Positions 7,888 through 17,669 of a stretch of DNA of 59,036 nt are shown here, in pieces. Location of the stretch: contig DATBBW010000111.1 in the NCBI GenBank assembly GCA_036270795.1, positions 1 through 59,036 on the forward strand. The letters are read 5' to 3'. This DNA is from Gemmatimonadales bacterium (GTDB lineage Bacteria; Gemmatimonadota; Gemmatimonadetes; Gemmatimonadales; GWC2-71-9). The notes under the pieces are model-generated. The model did not search any database, was not told the origin of the DNA, and saw nothing but the letters and a program-made list of their open reading frames with translations. The number at the start of each line of letters is the position of its first letter. Position 1 is the stretch's first letter. The translations under genes and the position numbers were made by a program.

Positions 7888-9952
7888 ATGCTTGGCTCAT
7901 GCGCTCGGTCGTGCCGGCCCGCGTCGGGGGCCGCGCTGGTGGCAGGTCCTGAGATGCGGCCGCGAGGACCGCGGCCGCCACCGCCGGGTCGTAGCGGCGG
8001 GGCCGGAGGATGGACCATACGGCCGGGGGACGCGCCGACGCTCCGCGAGTGAGCCCGATGAGGCGAGTCAGCACGGTGACGGCGGCGGCTAGGAGGCTGA
8101 TCGGTACCCAGAGCACGCGCCCACGCCAGCCGTGCGCCCGGAACAGGGCGAGGAGCTCGCCCCGCGTCCGGATGGCCGGATCGATCAGGTTGACGAGTGC
8201 CGGCGCGGCGTCGAAGTGGTCGGCACACCACGCCACCACCGCGCCCGCCCGCCCGACTTCGCACACCGCGAAGGGCAGGCCAGGGCGTCCGAGGCCGAGG
8301 TGCCAGCGGCCCAACAGGTGCCGCCCCACGAGTCCCGGGAGCTCGATGTGCTCCCAGTCGATCAACGCGGCCGGCCGAATGATGCGAGCGTCGATCTCCT
8401 GCCGCGCGTGCGCGGCGGCGACCAGTTCCTCGGCGGCGCACTTGCCCCACGTGTAGGGCCCGAGCCGGTGCGGCCGGGACGCGCGCGGGGTCCGCTCGTT
8501 CTGCCGCTCCCACACCCAACGCGGCGGGCGCAGCACCGACAGGGTGCTCACATACACGAGGCGACGTACCTGCGCGCCAGCCATGGCGCGGAGCACCGCG
8601 CGCGTCGCGTCAACGGTGTTGCGTTGATGGGCGTCGAACCCGCCGGCCGTCGCGGCGGCGGCGTGCACGACCACCGCGGCGCCGACCAGAGCATCGGGCG
8701 GAACGATCTCGGCACAGTCGGCGCGCACCCACTCGTGCACGTGCGGATCGTCGGGGCGCTCGGATCGGCCGAGCCCCCGCACGCGGAAGCCGCGCGTCGC
8801 CAGCGCCCGACTGATGGCGCGGCCGAGGAATCCCCCAGCCCCGGTAACCACGGCGAGCGGCCCCGTGGGCGCCTTCGCGGCAGGGGCTCTGAGCCCCGCA
8901 ATCGGGGGAGCGGCGGCGTGCCGCACGTTGGCCCCGAGCTCCTCATGGAGGACGGTGACGCGTCGGAGATGGTCCACCGTGAGCGGCGGGCGACTGCCCG
9001 CCGCGGCGGCGGCGTAGAAGTCCCCGAGGAGCTCCACCAACCCCGGATAGTCGCCTCCGCGCAGGAGCCGCCGGCTGAGACTCGCAGCACTGCGCCATGC
9101 GAGCTGCGCGGATTCGAGGAACGGGTTGGCGATCTTCTCGAGCGGGCTCGTGCCCGCGTTCGCCGTTCCCAGCACGATCGCGCGGACGAAGTCGGCCGTC
9201 AGGCTCCCGTGCGCGCCGACGAGCGTGAGCGTCGACGCGACGGGACGGGCGCGCAGGCTGACGCACAAACGCCCACTCACCTCACCCACCCGGAGCAGCG
9301 CGTGCAGGTCCGTCGCTGTCGCCGTTACGCTGACGAGCTCGAGTGGTGCGGTCGTCGGGCCGACCGCCTCCAACGCCGCCACCAGCGTGTACAGCGGGTG
9401 CGGGAGCACGTCCAGTAACTGGTCAGCCAGCGCGCGCCGGGGCGAGCCATACGGGTCAAGCCGGGGAGGCCGAAACGCGAGGTAGCTGTCGACGAACGTG
9501 ACGGGCCGGAGCTCGGCGGCGCGCTCGAGCACGCGGCGAAAAGCGGCGTCGCGCACGAGTTGGTGGCCGGCGCAGATGAGAAGGCCGCGCGCGCCAGCCA
9601 CTTCGGTCAGCGCATCGGCCTCCGCCCGGGTCTCGACGAACGGCTTCTCGACGTACACGTGAGCCCCGGCGAGCAGGGCCTGGCGGGCGGGCTCAAAGTG
9701 CATGCCCGCCGGCGTGCAGATGTGCGCGACATCTGGCCGCGCCTCCTGAAACAGCGCGGACAGCGTGCGATAGACACCCGCTCCCGCGCGCAGGGCGAAA
9801 GCCTCGGCCGCCCCCGCCCGCACGTCGCACACGCCGACGACGGTATGCGCCGTGGGAACGCGCCGCAGGGCGCGGAGATGGAGGCCGGCCATCTGGCCGG
9901 CGCCGATGAATGCGATTCGCAGCGGTCGAGCGTCGAGAATCACCCCCGTCAT
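7880..9952 (-). CDS. Fusion protein: Gfo/Idh/MocA-type oxidoreductase (N-terminal) plus NAD-dependent epimerase/dehydratase (SDR, C-terminal)
   Basis: N-terminal Rossmann motif is IAFIGAGQMAG, followed by HICTPAGMHFEPA and YVEKPF. The second Rossmann motif is VVTGAGGFLGRAI. AGGAG precedes ATG 9952; the track start GTG 10036 is an alternative. Confidence 0.8.
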   Translation of the reverse strand: MTGVILDARPLRIAFIGAGQMAGLHLRALRRVPTAHTVVGVCDVRAGAAEAFALRAGAGVYRTLSALFQEARPDVAHICTPAGMHFEPARQALLAGAHVYVEKPFVETRAEADALTEVAGARGLLICAGHQLVRDAAFRRVLERAAELRPVTFVDSYLAFRPPRLDPYGSPRRALADQLLDVLPHPLYTLVAALEAVGPTTAPLELVSVTATATDLHALLRVGEVSGRLCVSLRARPVASTLTLVGAHGSLTADFVRAIVLGTANAGTSPLEKIANPFLESAQLAWRSAASLSRRLLRGGDYPGLVELLGDFYAAAAAGSRPPLTVDHLRRVTVLHEELGANVRHAAAPPIAGLRAPAAKAPTGPLAVVTGAGGFLGRAISRALATRGFRVRGLGRSERPDDPHVHEWVRADCAEIVPPDALVGAAVVVHAAAATAGGFDAHQRNTVDATRAVLRAMAGAQVRRLVYVSTLSVLRPPRWVWERQNERTPRASRPHRLGPYTWGKCAAEELVAAAHARQEIDARIIRPAALIDWEHIELPGLVGRHLLGRWHLGLGRPGLPFAVCEVGRAGAVVAWCADHFDAAPALVNLIDPAIRTRGELLALFRAHGWRGRVLWVPISLLAAAVTVLTRLIGLTRGASARPPAVWSILRPRRYDPAVAAAVLAAASQDLPPARPPTRAGTTERMSQAYA

Positions 9953-10053
9953 ATCGCTCCTGGCGAGATTCGTAGCGCGTGGCGCAGTGGATCCCTCGCG
10001 GCATTCCCCCGCGGGGTGTGGCGGCGGGCGTGGCACATAGCGGTTCCCCTCTC

Positions 10054-10069
10054 TGCAAGACGGAAGCCA
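10054..10069 (-). promoter_or_regulatory. Candidate sigma-54 promoter (TGGCTT-N5-TTGCA) for the 9952..5222 operon
   Basis: The minus strand reads TGGCTTCCGTCTTGCA, which matches 8 of the 10 defined consensus positions with GG/GC spacing exact. Confidence 0.45.
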
Positions 10070-10228
10070 CAGCCGGCACCCAGGGGCTCGGACCGGTCAC
10101 GCTGCGGTGTGGCGTCGACGCGACGCTGCGACCCCTGCATGACGATGGCGCCGCGCTGGCGAGCGTTGCGGGGCGTGTCCGGCGCTGTCTCGCGACCGGC
10201 CTGCAAGTTGCGTTGGGTAGTCGGACCA

Positions 10229-11440
10229 ATGCGCGTCTTGATCACGGACGGGAATGAGCGGGCCGCGCTGGCCGCAGCGCGATCGCTGGTCGCCGTGGGA
10301 TACGCGGTGCACGTGGCGGCCCGCGTGCGGCCGTCCCTCGCGGGCGTGTCGCAGCAGGTGCGCTCCCATACCCTCACGCGGGATCCGCTCGCGGACCCAG
10401 CCGGGTACACCGACGAGGTGCGCCGCCTGGCCCTTGACGAGGGCATCGACCTGCTCCTGCCAGTGACCGACGCGTCCCTCGAGGCCGTGCTCGAGCACCG
10501 CGCCGCGCTGCCGCTGGCGCTGCTCCTGCCCGGTCCCGATCTCGCCAGCTATCGGGCCGCCTCCGACAAGGCGCACGTGCTGACCCTGGCCGAGTCGTGC
10601 GGCTTTGGTGTCCCCGAGACACGGATCATTGCCACACCCGAGCAGGCCGAGCGGGCGCTGACGGACGCCGCCACCTGGTTCCCTGCGGTTGTCAAGCCGC
10701 ACCGGTCCGTGGTCCGCGTGGGCGCGGTGCGGCGCAAGCTCCCGGTGACGCTGGTGGCTGACCGCGCCGCGGGCCGTCGCGCGCTCGCCGCGCTCCCGCC
10801 GTCGGCGTTCCCGGTCTTGCTCCAGCGCCGAGTCACGGGTGTGGGAGAGGGATTCTTTGCACTGCGGTGGGAGGGTCGCCCGATCGCGCTGTTTGCCCAT
10901 CGCCGCCTGCGCGAGAAGCCGCCCTCGGGGGGCGTCAGCGTGTACCGCGAAAGCATCCCACTCGACGCGCAGCTGGTCGGCCCTGGACTCTGCCTGCTCG
11001 ACGCGCTGGGCTGGAACGGCGTCGCGATGATCGAGTGTAAGCGGGAACAGTCGACCGGCCGGCAGGTGGTGATGGAGGTGAACGCGCGCTTCTGGGGTTC
11101 GCTGCAGCTGGCCATCGACGCCGGCGTCGACTTTCCGGCCCTCCTGGTGCGCTGCGCGTCAGGGGAGCGCGTCCCCCCAGTCTCGCACTACCGGGTGGGC
11201 GTGCGGAGTCGCTGGTGGTGGGGGGATGTGGACCACTTGTATCAGCGGCTCCGGCGCTCGGCGGCGGAGCTGCAGTTGGAGAACGGGGCCGGTTCCCGCC
11301 TCAGGGCGCTGCGCGACTTCCTGCGCATTGCCCCAGGCCGCGACCGCGCCGAAGTCTGGCGCTGGCGCGATCCCGCGCCGTTCATCGTGGAAACGCTCCA
11401 GTGGCTTCACCTCCTCGGCACCGGCTCGTCCGGCATCTGA
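10229..11440 (+). CDS. ATP-grasp domain protein (carboxylate-amine ligase-like)
   Basis: The protein begins MRVLITDGNERAALAAARSL. It has an ATP-grasp-like core (AVVKPHRS..., LLQRRVTGVGEGFF, GVAMIECK...VMEVNARFWGS). The first 223 codons of the track ORF are an upstream artefact. Confidence 0.75.
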   Translation: MRVLITDGNERAALAAARSLVAVGYAVHVAARVRPSLAGVSQQVRSHTLTRDPLADPAGYTDEVRRLALDEGIDLLLPVTDASLEAVLEHRAALPLALLLPGPDLASYRAASDKAHVLTLAESCGFGVPETRIIATPEQAERALTDAATWFPAVVKPHRSVVRVGAVRRKLPVTLVADRAAGRRALAALPPSAFPVLLQRRVTGVGEGFFALRWEGRPIALFAHRRLREKPPSGGVSVYRESIPLDAQLVGPGLCLLDALGWNGVAMIECKREQSTGRQVVMEVNARFWGSLQLAIDAGVDFPALLVRCASGERVPPVSHYRVGVRSRWWWGDVDHLYQRLRRSAAELQLENGAGSRLRALRDFLRIAPGRDRAEVWRWRDPAPFIVETLQWLHLLGTGSSGI

Positions 11441-11479
11441 GGCAAACGGGACCGCGGTGCACCCGGCGCACCGACCGCG

Positions 11480-13369
11480 TCATTCTGCAAACAGCCGGTG
11501 CCATACGGAGAAGCACAGCAACGCCCACAGGATCCCCTCGCGATTCTGCCGCCCCGTGAGGTGCTCGCGCTGCAAGGCCTCCACGACGGCGGGGTCGAAA
11601 TAGCCGAGGCGCCGGTGGCGCTCCGGCGACAGCTCGTCGCTCAGCATGCCGCGCAGCTCGTGCCGGAGCCACGCTGACGTGGGACCGACGAAGCCACGTT
11701 TGGGCGCCCGCAGATGGGCGGCTGGCACGCGGGGGCGCAACGCGCGTCGCAGTAGCCGCTTGTTCCGCCACCACCGCCCGATCTTCACGCGCTGGGGCAC
11801 GGGGAAGACCGCCTCCACCAGGACGTGGTCCACGAGGGGCACGCGGACCTCGAGCGAGTGCGCCATCGCCAACCGGTCGCTCAGCGCGAGGATGTCGTCG
11901 GGAAGAAACGTCATGTAGTCGAAATACAGGCCGGCGGCGAGGCCCGAGGGACACCCCTGAGCGCGAAACAGCTCCTCAAACCGCGCTCGTGCGGCGCCGC
12001 CGGTGATGTTGGCGCGCAGGCCTGGCGCGTATAGCCCCGGACGCTCGCCGTTCGGGAGCCGGCTCAGCAGGCTGAGAAAGCGGTCCGGAGCGCCCCCGGT
12101 GCCGGAGCGCAGGAAGCGTTTCAGGCGGTCGACGCCGAGGGTGCCGTCCCGGGGTTCGGGGAGCAGGCGACTGGCGGCGCTGGCGACTCGGCGCAGTCCC
12201 GCCGGCAGCTTCGCGTAGTGCTCGGCGGCGAGCAGGCCGATGTGCCGTCGGTACCCGGCAAACAGCTCGTCACCACCCGTCCCCGTCAACGCAACCTTGT
12301 ACCGGCTCCCCACCGCCTGGGACAGGAGCCAGGTGGGGATCGCCGAGTCGTCGGCATGGGGCTCGTCCAAGGCCCGGACGATGGGCTCGAAGATGTTCCG
12401 CACGTCCGGGCGGATGTCGATGAGCGTGAGCTCCGCGCCGTACCGTGCGGCGAGGGTCCGAGCGAGACCCGTCTCGTCGGCCGCCGTCGCGCCGGAACCG
12501 AAGTACTGCGCCGTGAACGCGTGCGGCGGCGCCCCACCCGCCAGCGCCATGCTGGCGACGACGGCTGAGGAGTCGAGGCCACCGCTCAAGAACGCCGCCA
12601 CAGGCACGTCGCTCACGAGGTGCGCCGCCACTGAATCGTCGAGCCACTCTCGCACCCGCACCTCGGGCTGGTGCGGCCCGGCACCCGGCGCCGGCGGAAC
12701 TTGCCAGTAGCGGCGGACGGTGGTCTCCCCGGTCCGCCGCCACACGAGCGTATGCCCCGGCTCGAGCTTGCGCACGTCCAGGAATGGTGAAGCAGGAGCC
12801 GGGATGTACCCCAGCTGGAAGTACGCATCGAGGGCCTCCCAGTCGAGCGCCCGCGACGTCAGGCCCGCGGCGTGCAGCGCCTTGAGCTCGGAGGCGAAGG
12901 CGATCCCCCAGGGAGCGGTGAGGACATAGAGCGGCTTGATCCCAAACCGGTCGCGGGCCAGGAGCAACGTCTCCGCAGACGCGTCCCAAATGGCGAAGGC
13001 GAACATCCCGCGCAGGGGGGTGACGCAGTCGGGCCCGAGCTCCTCATACAGGTGCAGCACCGTCTCCGTGTCGCTGCGGGAGCGGACCGCGTGTCCGCGG
13101 GCGAGCAGACCACGACGAAGGTCTTGGTAGTTGTAGATCTCGCCGTTAAAGACGATCACCTTGGAGCGGTCTTCGTTGAAGATCGGCTGCTGGCCGCCAC
13201 TCAGGTCGATGATGCTGAGGCGCCGCATTCCCAGGCCGACGCCGCCCTGGACCCAGAGTCCCTCGTCGTCCGGGCCTCGGTGCTGCATCGCCGTGCACAT
13301 GCAGCGCACCAGCTGCGCTGACACGGGCTTGTCTCGCTCGCGATGGAGGATGCCGGCAATGCCGCACAT
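11480..13369 (-). CDS. Asparagine synthase (glutamine-hydrolysing) family amidotransferase, EPS-locus type
   Basis: The N-terminal nucleophile is MCGIAGIL (Cys2), which fixes the start at 13369. The PP-loop motif is AAFLSGGLDSS. The protein is 629 aa. Confidence 0.9.
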   Translation of the reverse strand: MCGIAGILHRERDKPVSAQLVRCMCTAMQHRGPDDEGLWVQGGVGLGMRRLSIIDLSGGQQPIFNEDRSKVIVFNGEIYNYQDLRRGLLARGHAVRSRSDTETVLHLYEELGPDCVTPLRGMFAFAIWDASAETLLLARDRFGIKPLYVLTAPWGIAFASELKALHAAGLTSRALDWEALDAYFQLGYIPAPASPFLDVRKLEPGHTLVWRRTGETTVRRYWQVPPAPGAGPHQPEVRVREWLDDSVAAHLVSDVPVAAFLSGGLDSSAVVASMALAGGAPPHAFTAQYFGSGATAADETGLARTLAARYGAELTLIDIRPDVRNIFEPIVRALDEPHADDSAIPTWLLSQAVGSRYKVALTGTGGDELFAGYRRHIGLLAAEHYAKLPAGLRRVASAASRLLPEPRDGTLGVDRLKRFLRSGTGGAPDRFLSLLSRLPNGERPGLYAPGLRANITGGAARARFEELFRAQGCPSGLAAGLYFDYMTFLPDDILALSDRLAMAHSLEVRVPLVDHVLVEAVFPVPQRVKIGRWWRNKRLLRRALRPRVPAAHLRAPKRGFVGPTSAWLRHELRGMLSDELSPERHRRLGYFDPAVVEALQREHLTGRQNREGILWALLCFSVWHRLFAE

Positions 13370-13381
13370 GCCGCGACCAAG

Positions 13382-13397
13382 AGCAAGAGTAGCGCCA
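13382..13397 (-). promoter_or_regulatory. Sigma-54 promoter (TGGCGC-N5-TTGCT) immediately upstream of the asnB-like gene
   Basis: The minus strand reads TGGCGCTACTCTTGCT, matching 9 of 10 consensus positions. The -12 C is 14 nt from the A of the ATG, so the predicted TSS is about 2 nt upstream of the start codon. Confidence 0.6.
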
Positions 13398-13563
13398 CCC
13401 CCGCGTGCTCGGGCCTGACACACGCGGCCGCGCGCCGTGGTGCCACGGACCGGGTGGCCCCCCATGGTGGGCGCCTGGCCTTTCCAGGGTGTAGCGCCAG
13501 CGCGACAGCATCGGTCGCCGCGCCGTGCCAGCGCGACTCTTGCAACGCAGCCGGGGCACACGC

Positions 13564-14679
13564 ATGGCACTCCGATCCTCGCTGTCGCGCACGTTGGCTG
13601 GCCGGCACCTACCGGCGCTCGACGGACTGCGCGCCATCGCCGTCTTCACCGTGATCGTCTACCACTTTGGGATCACCATCGTCCCCGGGGACCTGGGGGT
13701 AAGCGCGTTCTTCGTGCTCAGCGGGTTCTTGATCACCTGGCTCCTGCTCAAGGAGCACCGCGCGACGGGCACGATCTCGCTCCGCCAGTTCTACACGCGC
13801 CGCTCACTCCGCATTTTCCCGGCGTACTACGCGTTTCTCGCGGTGTCCTTCATGATCGATTACGCCCGCGGGCACGAATGGCCCCCGGGATTGACGCGGT
13901 CCGCCGTGTTTTACGTCGTCAACTACTACAACGCGCTGCATGGCCACCCGGTGACCTCAATTGCCCACGCCTGGTCACTCGGCATCGAGGAGCAGTTCTA
14001 CCTCCTCTGGCCGCTGCTCCTGCTCGTGCTCTTGCGCGGCGGTGTCCCCCGTGCCGCCCGGGCCGTAGCAGTGCTCATCGTGGCCGTGGTGACGTGGCGG
14101 TGTGGCCTGTTCCTGGGACGCCACGTGGGCCAGGCGTACGTCTACAACGCTTTCGACACGCGCTTCGACAACCTCGCGGTCGGCTGTCTGCTCGCTCTGG
14201 GTGCCCAGGCCCCGGGGTTCCAGGGCGTCGCCGAGCGGTTGGGGCGATCGGCTCTCGCCCCGCTCGCCTCGCTGGCGCTCCTCGTCGTGTCGCGCACCGC
14301 CCTCGGTTCCACCTACCACTACACGTTGGGCTTCACGGTGGACGCCGTGCTCGTGGCCGTGTTCATCGTGCAGCTGCTGCAGCTGCACGGCTCCCCGCTC
14401 TGGTCGTGGCTGGAGTCGCCGCCGGCGCGATTCCTCGGAGTCATCTCGTACCCGCTGTACCTGTGGCATGTATGGGGGCTGACGGTGGGCCATCGCGTGC
14501 CGGTCGGCGGGTCGCTCGGCAAGTTCGTTGTTGGGGTCCTCGCGTGCATCGTGGCGGCGTGCGGGTCCTACTACGTCATCGAACGACCGTTCCTCGCCCT
14601 GAAGCGACGGTTCGAGCCACGCGCTGCGCCGCCGGCAGCGGCCGCCAGACGCGCCCACGCGGCCGAGACGCCGGTCTGA
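13564..14679 (+). CDS. Acyltransferase family 3 (OafA/WecH-like membrane O-acyltransferase)
   Basis: The N-terminus LPALDGLRAIAVFTVIVYHF is typical of Acyl_transf_3. The protein has multiple TM helices and an internal WSLGIEEQFYLLWP motif. Confidence 0.85.
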   Translation: MALRSSLSRTLAGRHLPALDGLRAIAVFTVIVYHFGITIVPGDLGVSAFFVLSGFLITWLLLKEHRATGTISLRQFYTRRSLRIFPAYYAFLAVSFMIDYARGHEWPPGLTRSAVFYVVNYYNALHGHPVTSIAHAWSLGIEEQFYLLWPLLLLVLLRGGVPRAARAVAVLIVAVVTWRCGLFLGRHVGQAYVYNAFDTRFDNLAVGCLLALGAQAPGFQGVAERLGRSALAPLASLALLVVSRTALGSTYHYTLGFTVDAVLVAVFIVQLLQLHGSPLWSWLESPPARFLGVISYPLYLWHVWGLTVGHRVPVGGSLGKFVVGVLACIVAACGSYYVIERPFLALKRRFEPRAAPPAAAARRAHAAETPV

Positions 14680-15147
14680 GCCGGGGAGCGCGGGGCCTCG
14701 GGAGTTGCTACACACCGTGGCTACGGCCCGCGAGAGCGGCCGCTCGAGCACCACGCCGAGTGTCACAGACGGCGCGACGTGGTGTGGTTGTCGCGCCGCA
14801 CCTGGGGCGAGGTGGGGATTGGCTGAGCCGAGGTGAATATCTGCAACTCGTTGCACCATCTACAGTTGTGAATCAACGCCAGATGGCGCGCGGGGTTCGT
14901 CCGCCTCTTGCGGAGTAGGAGTAAATGAGCCGTCACCGAGCAGCGGGCGAATGATCAGGGCATCCAGGGCAGGGCGATGGGGTTCCGCAACCGCGTACGA
15001 CGGGCGATCGCATCGCACGGGAACCGGAGTCCCCGGACGATCGGGTGAGGCTCCAGGCCGTGCGGCGCCGGACGGGCGCATCACCGACACGCCTCGCGCA
15101 GATGCCGGACGCCCACGGCGTGGGGCGCGGCGCGGCCTCGCTCTCCG

Positions 15148-16311
15148 ATGAGTATGCGCGCGGTCCTGTCGCTTGCGCCGGTCGAGGGCGCCTCCTCCCG
15201 CGGGGCGGACGACGCCCAGGCAACTCGCACGTCCTTGCGGCACGCCCTCGAACTCGGGGCTGCGGCGTGGGACGGATTGCTCCCCCGGGCGGCGGCTCCC
15301 TTCGGCGGCTGGGCGTGGCATCGTGCCTGGACGGACACCGCGCTGGCAGGCGAGGTGAACGCCAGCGAGGCGCTGCTGCTCCACGGGACCGACGGCGCTC
15401 TCCGAGCCGTGCTTCCTGTCCTGTTGCGGCAGCTGCGGTTCCGGCGCGTGGCGGTGCGGGCGTTGACCTGGGCCAGCGGCGATGACGGTTGCCCCGATCA
15501 CCTCGACGTGCTCGCCGACCCCGGTGCCGACCTCGGGGCTCTCGTGCCGGCGCTCGAGGCCATCCCGTGGCAGGTGGCGATCCTCTCCAACCTCGCGGCG
15601 GAGGCGCCCAACGCTGAGCGGCTCTGCGCAGCGCTCGCGCGTCGCGGGCACGCGGTACGACGCCGGACGCTGTGGGAGTGCCCCCATCTGGCGCTGCCGA
15701 GTGATTGGGACGCGTACCTCGCCACGTTGAGCCCGACCCGCCGCCAAACGGTGCGCCGCAAGGATCGCGGCTTGTGCCGCCGCCACGCCGTGACGCTGAC
15801 CGACTATCCGCAAGAGCGGTTCGACGAAGGGTGGAGCCATCTGCTGCGCCTCCACGCACAGCGCTGGAAGGGCGAGGGCGCGTTCAGCAATCCCCGCTTG
15901 GAACAGCTACAGCGCCAGTTCGCCCAAGAAATGGCGCGGCAACAGCGGCTCTGGCTGTCGACGTTGGACGTGGACGGGGAGCCTGCAGCGGCCTGGTACG
16001 GGTTTTCCTCGGATGACACCGTGTACTTCTATCAGAGTGGCCGCGCGCCCCGCTGGGAGCGAGAAAGCGTGGGCCTCGTCCTGATGGCCCGGATGATCCG
16101 CCGGGCGATCGAGCGCGGGTACAAGTGGTTTGATTTGCTGCGCGGCGAGGACAGCTACAAGCGGCAGTGGACCCAGACTCAGCGCCTGACCCAGGAGATC
16201 GTGATCTTCCGGTCGGGGTGGAGCGGTCGCTGGATCAGCGCGTTGGACTGGGCCGCCGAGCTGCGCGGCCGGCTGTGGCCGCGCCCGCCGCACGATGGGG
16301 GTGTCGGATGA
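15148..16311 (+). CDS. FemAB/CelD(BcsL)-like GNAT-fold acyltransferase
   Basis: The C-terminal region is WLSTLDVDGEPAAAWYGFSSDDTVYFYQSGR...LLRGEDSYKRQWT, as in the Acetyltransf_6/CelD family. Confidence 0.75.
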   Translation: MSMRAVLSLAPVEGASSRGADDAQATRTSLRHALELGAAAWDGLLPRAAAPFGGWAWHRAWTDTALAGEVNASEALLLHGTDGALRAVLPVLLRQLRFRRVAVRALTWASGDDGCPDHLDVLADPGADLGALVPALEAIPWQVAILSNLAAEAPNAERLCAALARRGHAVRRRTLWECPHLALPSDWDAYLATLSPTRRQTVRRKDRGLCRRHAVTLTDYPQERFDEGWSHLLRLHAQRWKGEGAFSNPRLEQLQRQFAQEMARQQRLWLSTLDVDGEPAAAWYGFSSDDTVYFYQSGRAPRWERESVGLVLMARMIRRAIERGYKWFDLLRGEDSYKRQWTQTQRLTQEIVIFRSGWSGRWISALDWAAELRGRLWPRPPHDGGVG

Positions 16312-17335
16312 GGACCCGCGACGCACGAGCGGGGCGATGACTGAGCCGCGCACCGCCCGCGGGCGCGAGACGATCGTCGTCGTCTCCATCGACACCGAGG
16401 AGGACAACTGGCGGCCCAGCCGGAACGGCGTGACCGTCGAGAACATTGCTGAGCTCCGGCGGCTGGCGCGGCTCCTCGACCGCTGGGGCGTCCGGCCCAC
16501 GTACCTCACCGCCTATCAGGTGGCGATTCGACCGCGCGCGGTGGAGACGTTGCGCGAGTGCTGCGCGGCGGGGCGCGCAGAGATCGGAGCGCATCTCCAC
16601 CCCTGGAACACGCCGCCGCTCAGCGAACCGCTCGTGCCTCGCAACTCGATGCTGAAGAATCTGCCGGCCGGGCTGCAGCTCGCCAAGCTCGAGCATCTCA
16701 CCACGGCGCTAGAGCAAGCGTTCGACTCCCGGCCCCGCGCGTTTCGCGCCGGGCGCTACGGCTTCGGGCGCGACACCGTCGCCGCGCTGCTGCGCTGCGG
16801 CTACCGCGTGGACAGCAGTGTGAGCCCCTTCGTCAATCTGGAGCGCATGGACGATGGCCCGAACTTCGTCGGCGCGCCGCTCGACGCGTATCGTCTCGCG
16901 CCGGACCGTGACGTGCGGCGCCCGGCCCCCGATGGCAGCCTGTTCGAGATTCCCCTGTCCCACGGCTTCACCCGTAAGCCGTTCGGCGTCTGGGACCGGG
17001 TGCGGCGGATGTTTGAGGCGCGGCCCTGGCGGTGGCTCCACTGTGCTGGGGTGGCCGCCCGCCTGGGGTTGGTGGACCGGCTCGAGTTGTGTCCGGAAGT
17101 GGCGTCGGTCGACGGGATGTTGACGCTGTCGCGCCAGTTGCTCGACCAGGGCGTCCGCCACCTCCAGCTGTCCTGGCACAGTCCGACGCTGCTCCCCGGC
17201 CTCAGTCCCTTCGCCGCGACGCCGGCCGATGTCGAGCGTCTGTACGCGTCCATTGCCACCTATCTCGAAGGCCTGGTGCGGATGACGTCGGTGCGATTTG
17301 CTACGATGAGCGAGGCCGCAGCCCTGTTGTGGTAA
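16295..17335 (+). CDS. Polysaccharide deacetylase-like protein (WalW-type)
   Basis: Motifs are IVVVSIDTEEDNW, GVRPTYL and EIGAHLHPWNTPP. An alternative start is ATG 16337. Confidence 0.65.
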   Translation: MGVSDEDPRRTSGAMTEPRTARGRETIVVVSIDTEEDNWRPSRNGVTVENIAELRRLARLLDRWGVRPTYLTAYQVAIRPRAVETLRECCAAGRAEIGAHLHPWNTPPLSEPLVPRNSMLKNLPAGLQLAKLEHLTTALEQAFDSRPRAFRAGRYGFGRDTVAALLRCGYRVDSSVSPFVNLERMDDGPNFVGAPLDAYRLAPDRDVRRPAPDGSLFEIPLSHGFTRKPFGVWDRVRRMFEARPWRWLHCAGVAARLGLVDRLELCPEVASVDGMLTLSRQLLDQGVRHLQLSWHSPTLLPGLSPFAATPADVERLYASIATYLEGLVRMTSVRFATMSEAAALLW

Positions 17336-17517
17336 CGCGACAGGCCTGGCGGGCGTGTGGCGGGAACGCCACGCCCGCAGGCTAGCGCTCGCCTGCGGAC
17401 TCGCGCCACCGCCGCTACTCGGCGGCCAGCCCAGGGAGGGCGGTGGGAACGGTGCGCCCGACGCCTCGGTGCCCGCACGCCGCGCCGCCGCAGAACCCCC
17501 GTCCGCGAGCATCTCCG

Positions 17518-17533
17518 TGGCACACGCCCTGCG
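17518..17533 (+). promoter_or_regulatory. Candidate sigma-54 promoter (TGGCAC-N5-CTGCG) upstream of the flippase operon
   Basis: The sequence is TGGCACACGCCCTGCG, matching 9 of 10 positions with correct GG/GC spacing. It lies 45 nt upstream of ATG 17577. Confidence 0.4.
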
Positions 17534-17669
17534 AGCCTGTGCGACAGAAACGCCCAGCCCTCACCGGTCGCCGGGCATGGTCCAAGGCCGGCCGCTCCCG
17601 CGCTGCGTGCGAGCGGTTCGAGCGTCCTTCACGCTGCGCGTCAGCAGAGACGCAGGGAAACCGACCACC

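Noticed and set aside
11480-13369. The AsnB homolog as the missing lasso cyclase for the cassette at 51012..54144.
   Set aside because: It retains the N-terminal Cys glutaminase nucleophile (MCGIAG). It lies 38 kb away on the other strand inside the EPS locus, next to FemAB-like and ATP-grasp genes, and has its own promoter. This fits an EPS amidotransferase rather than a McjC-type cyclase.
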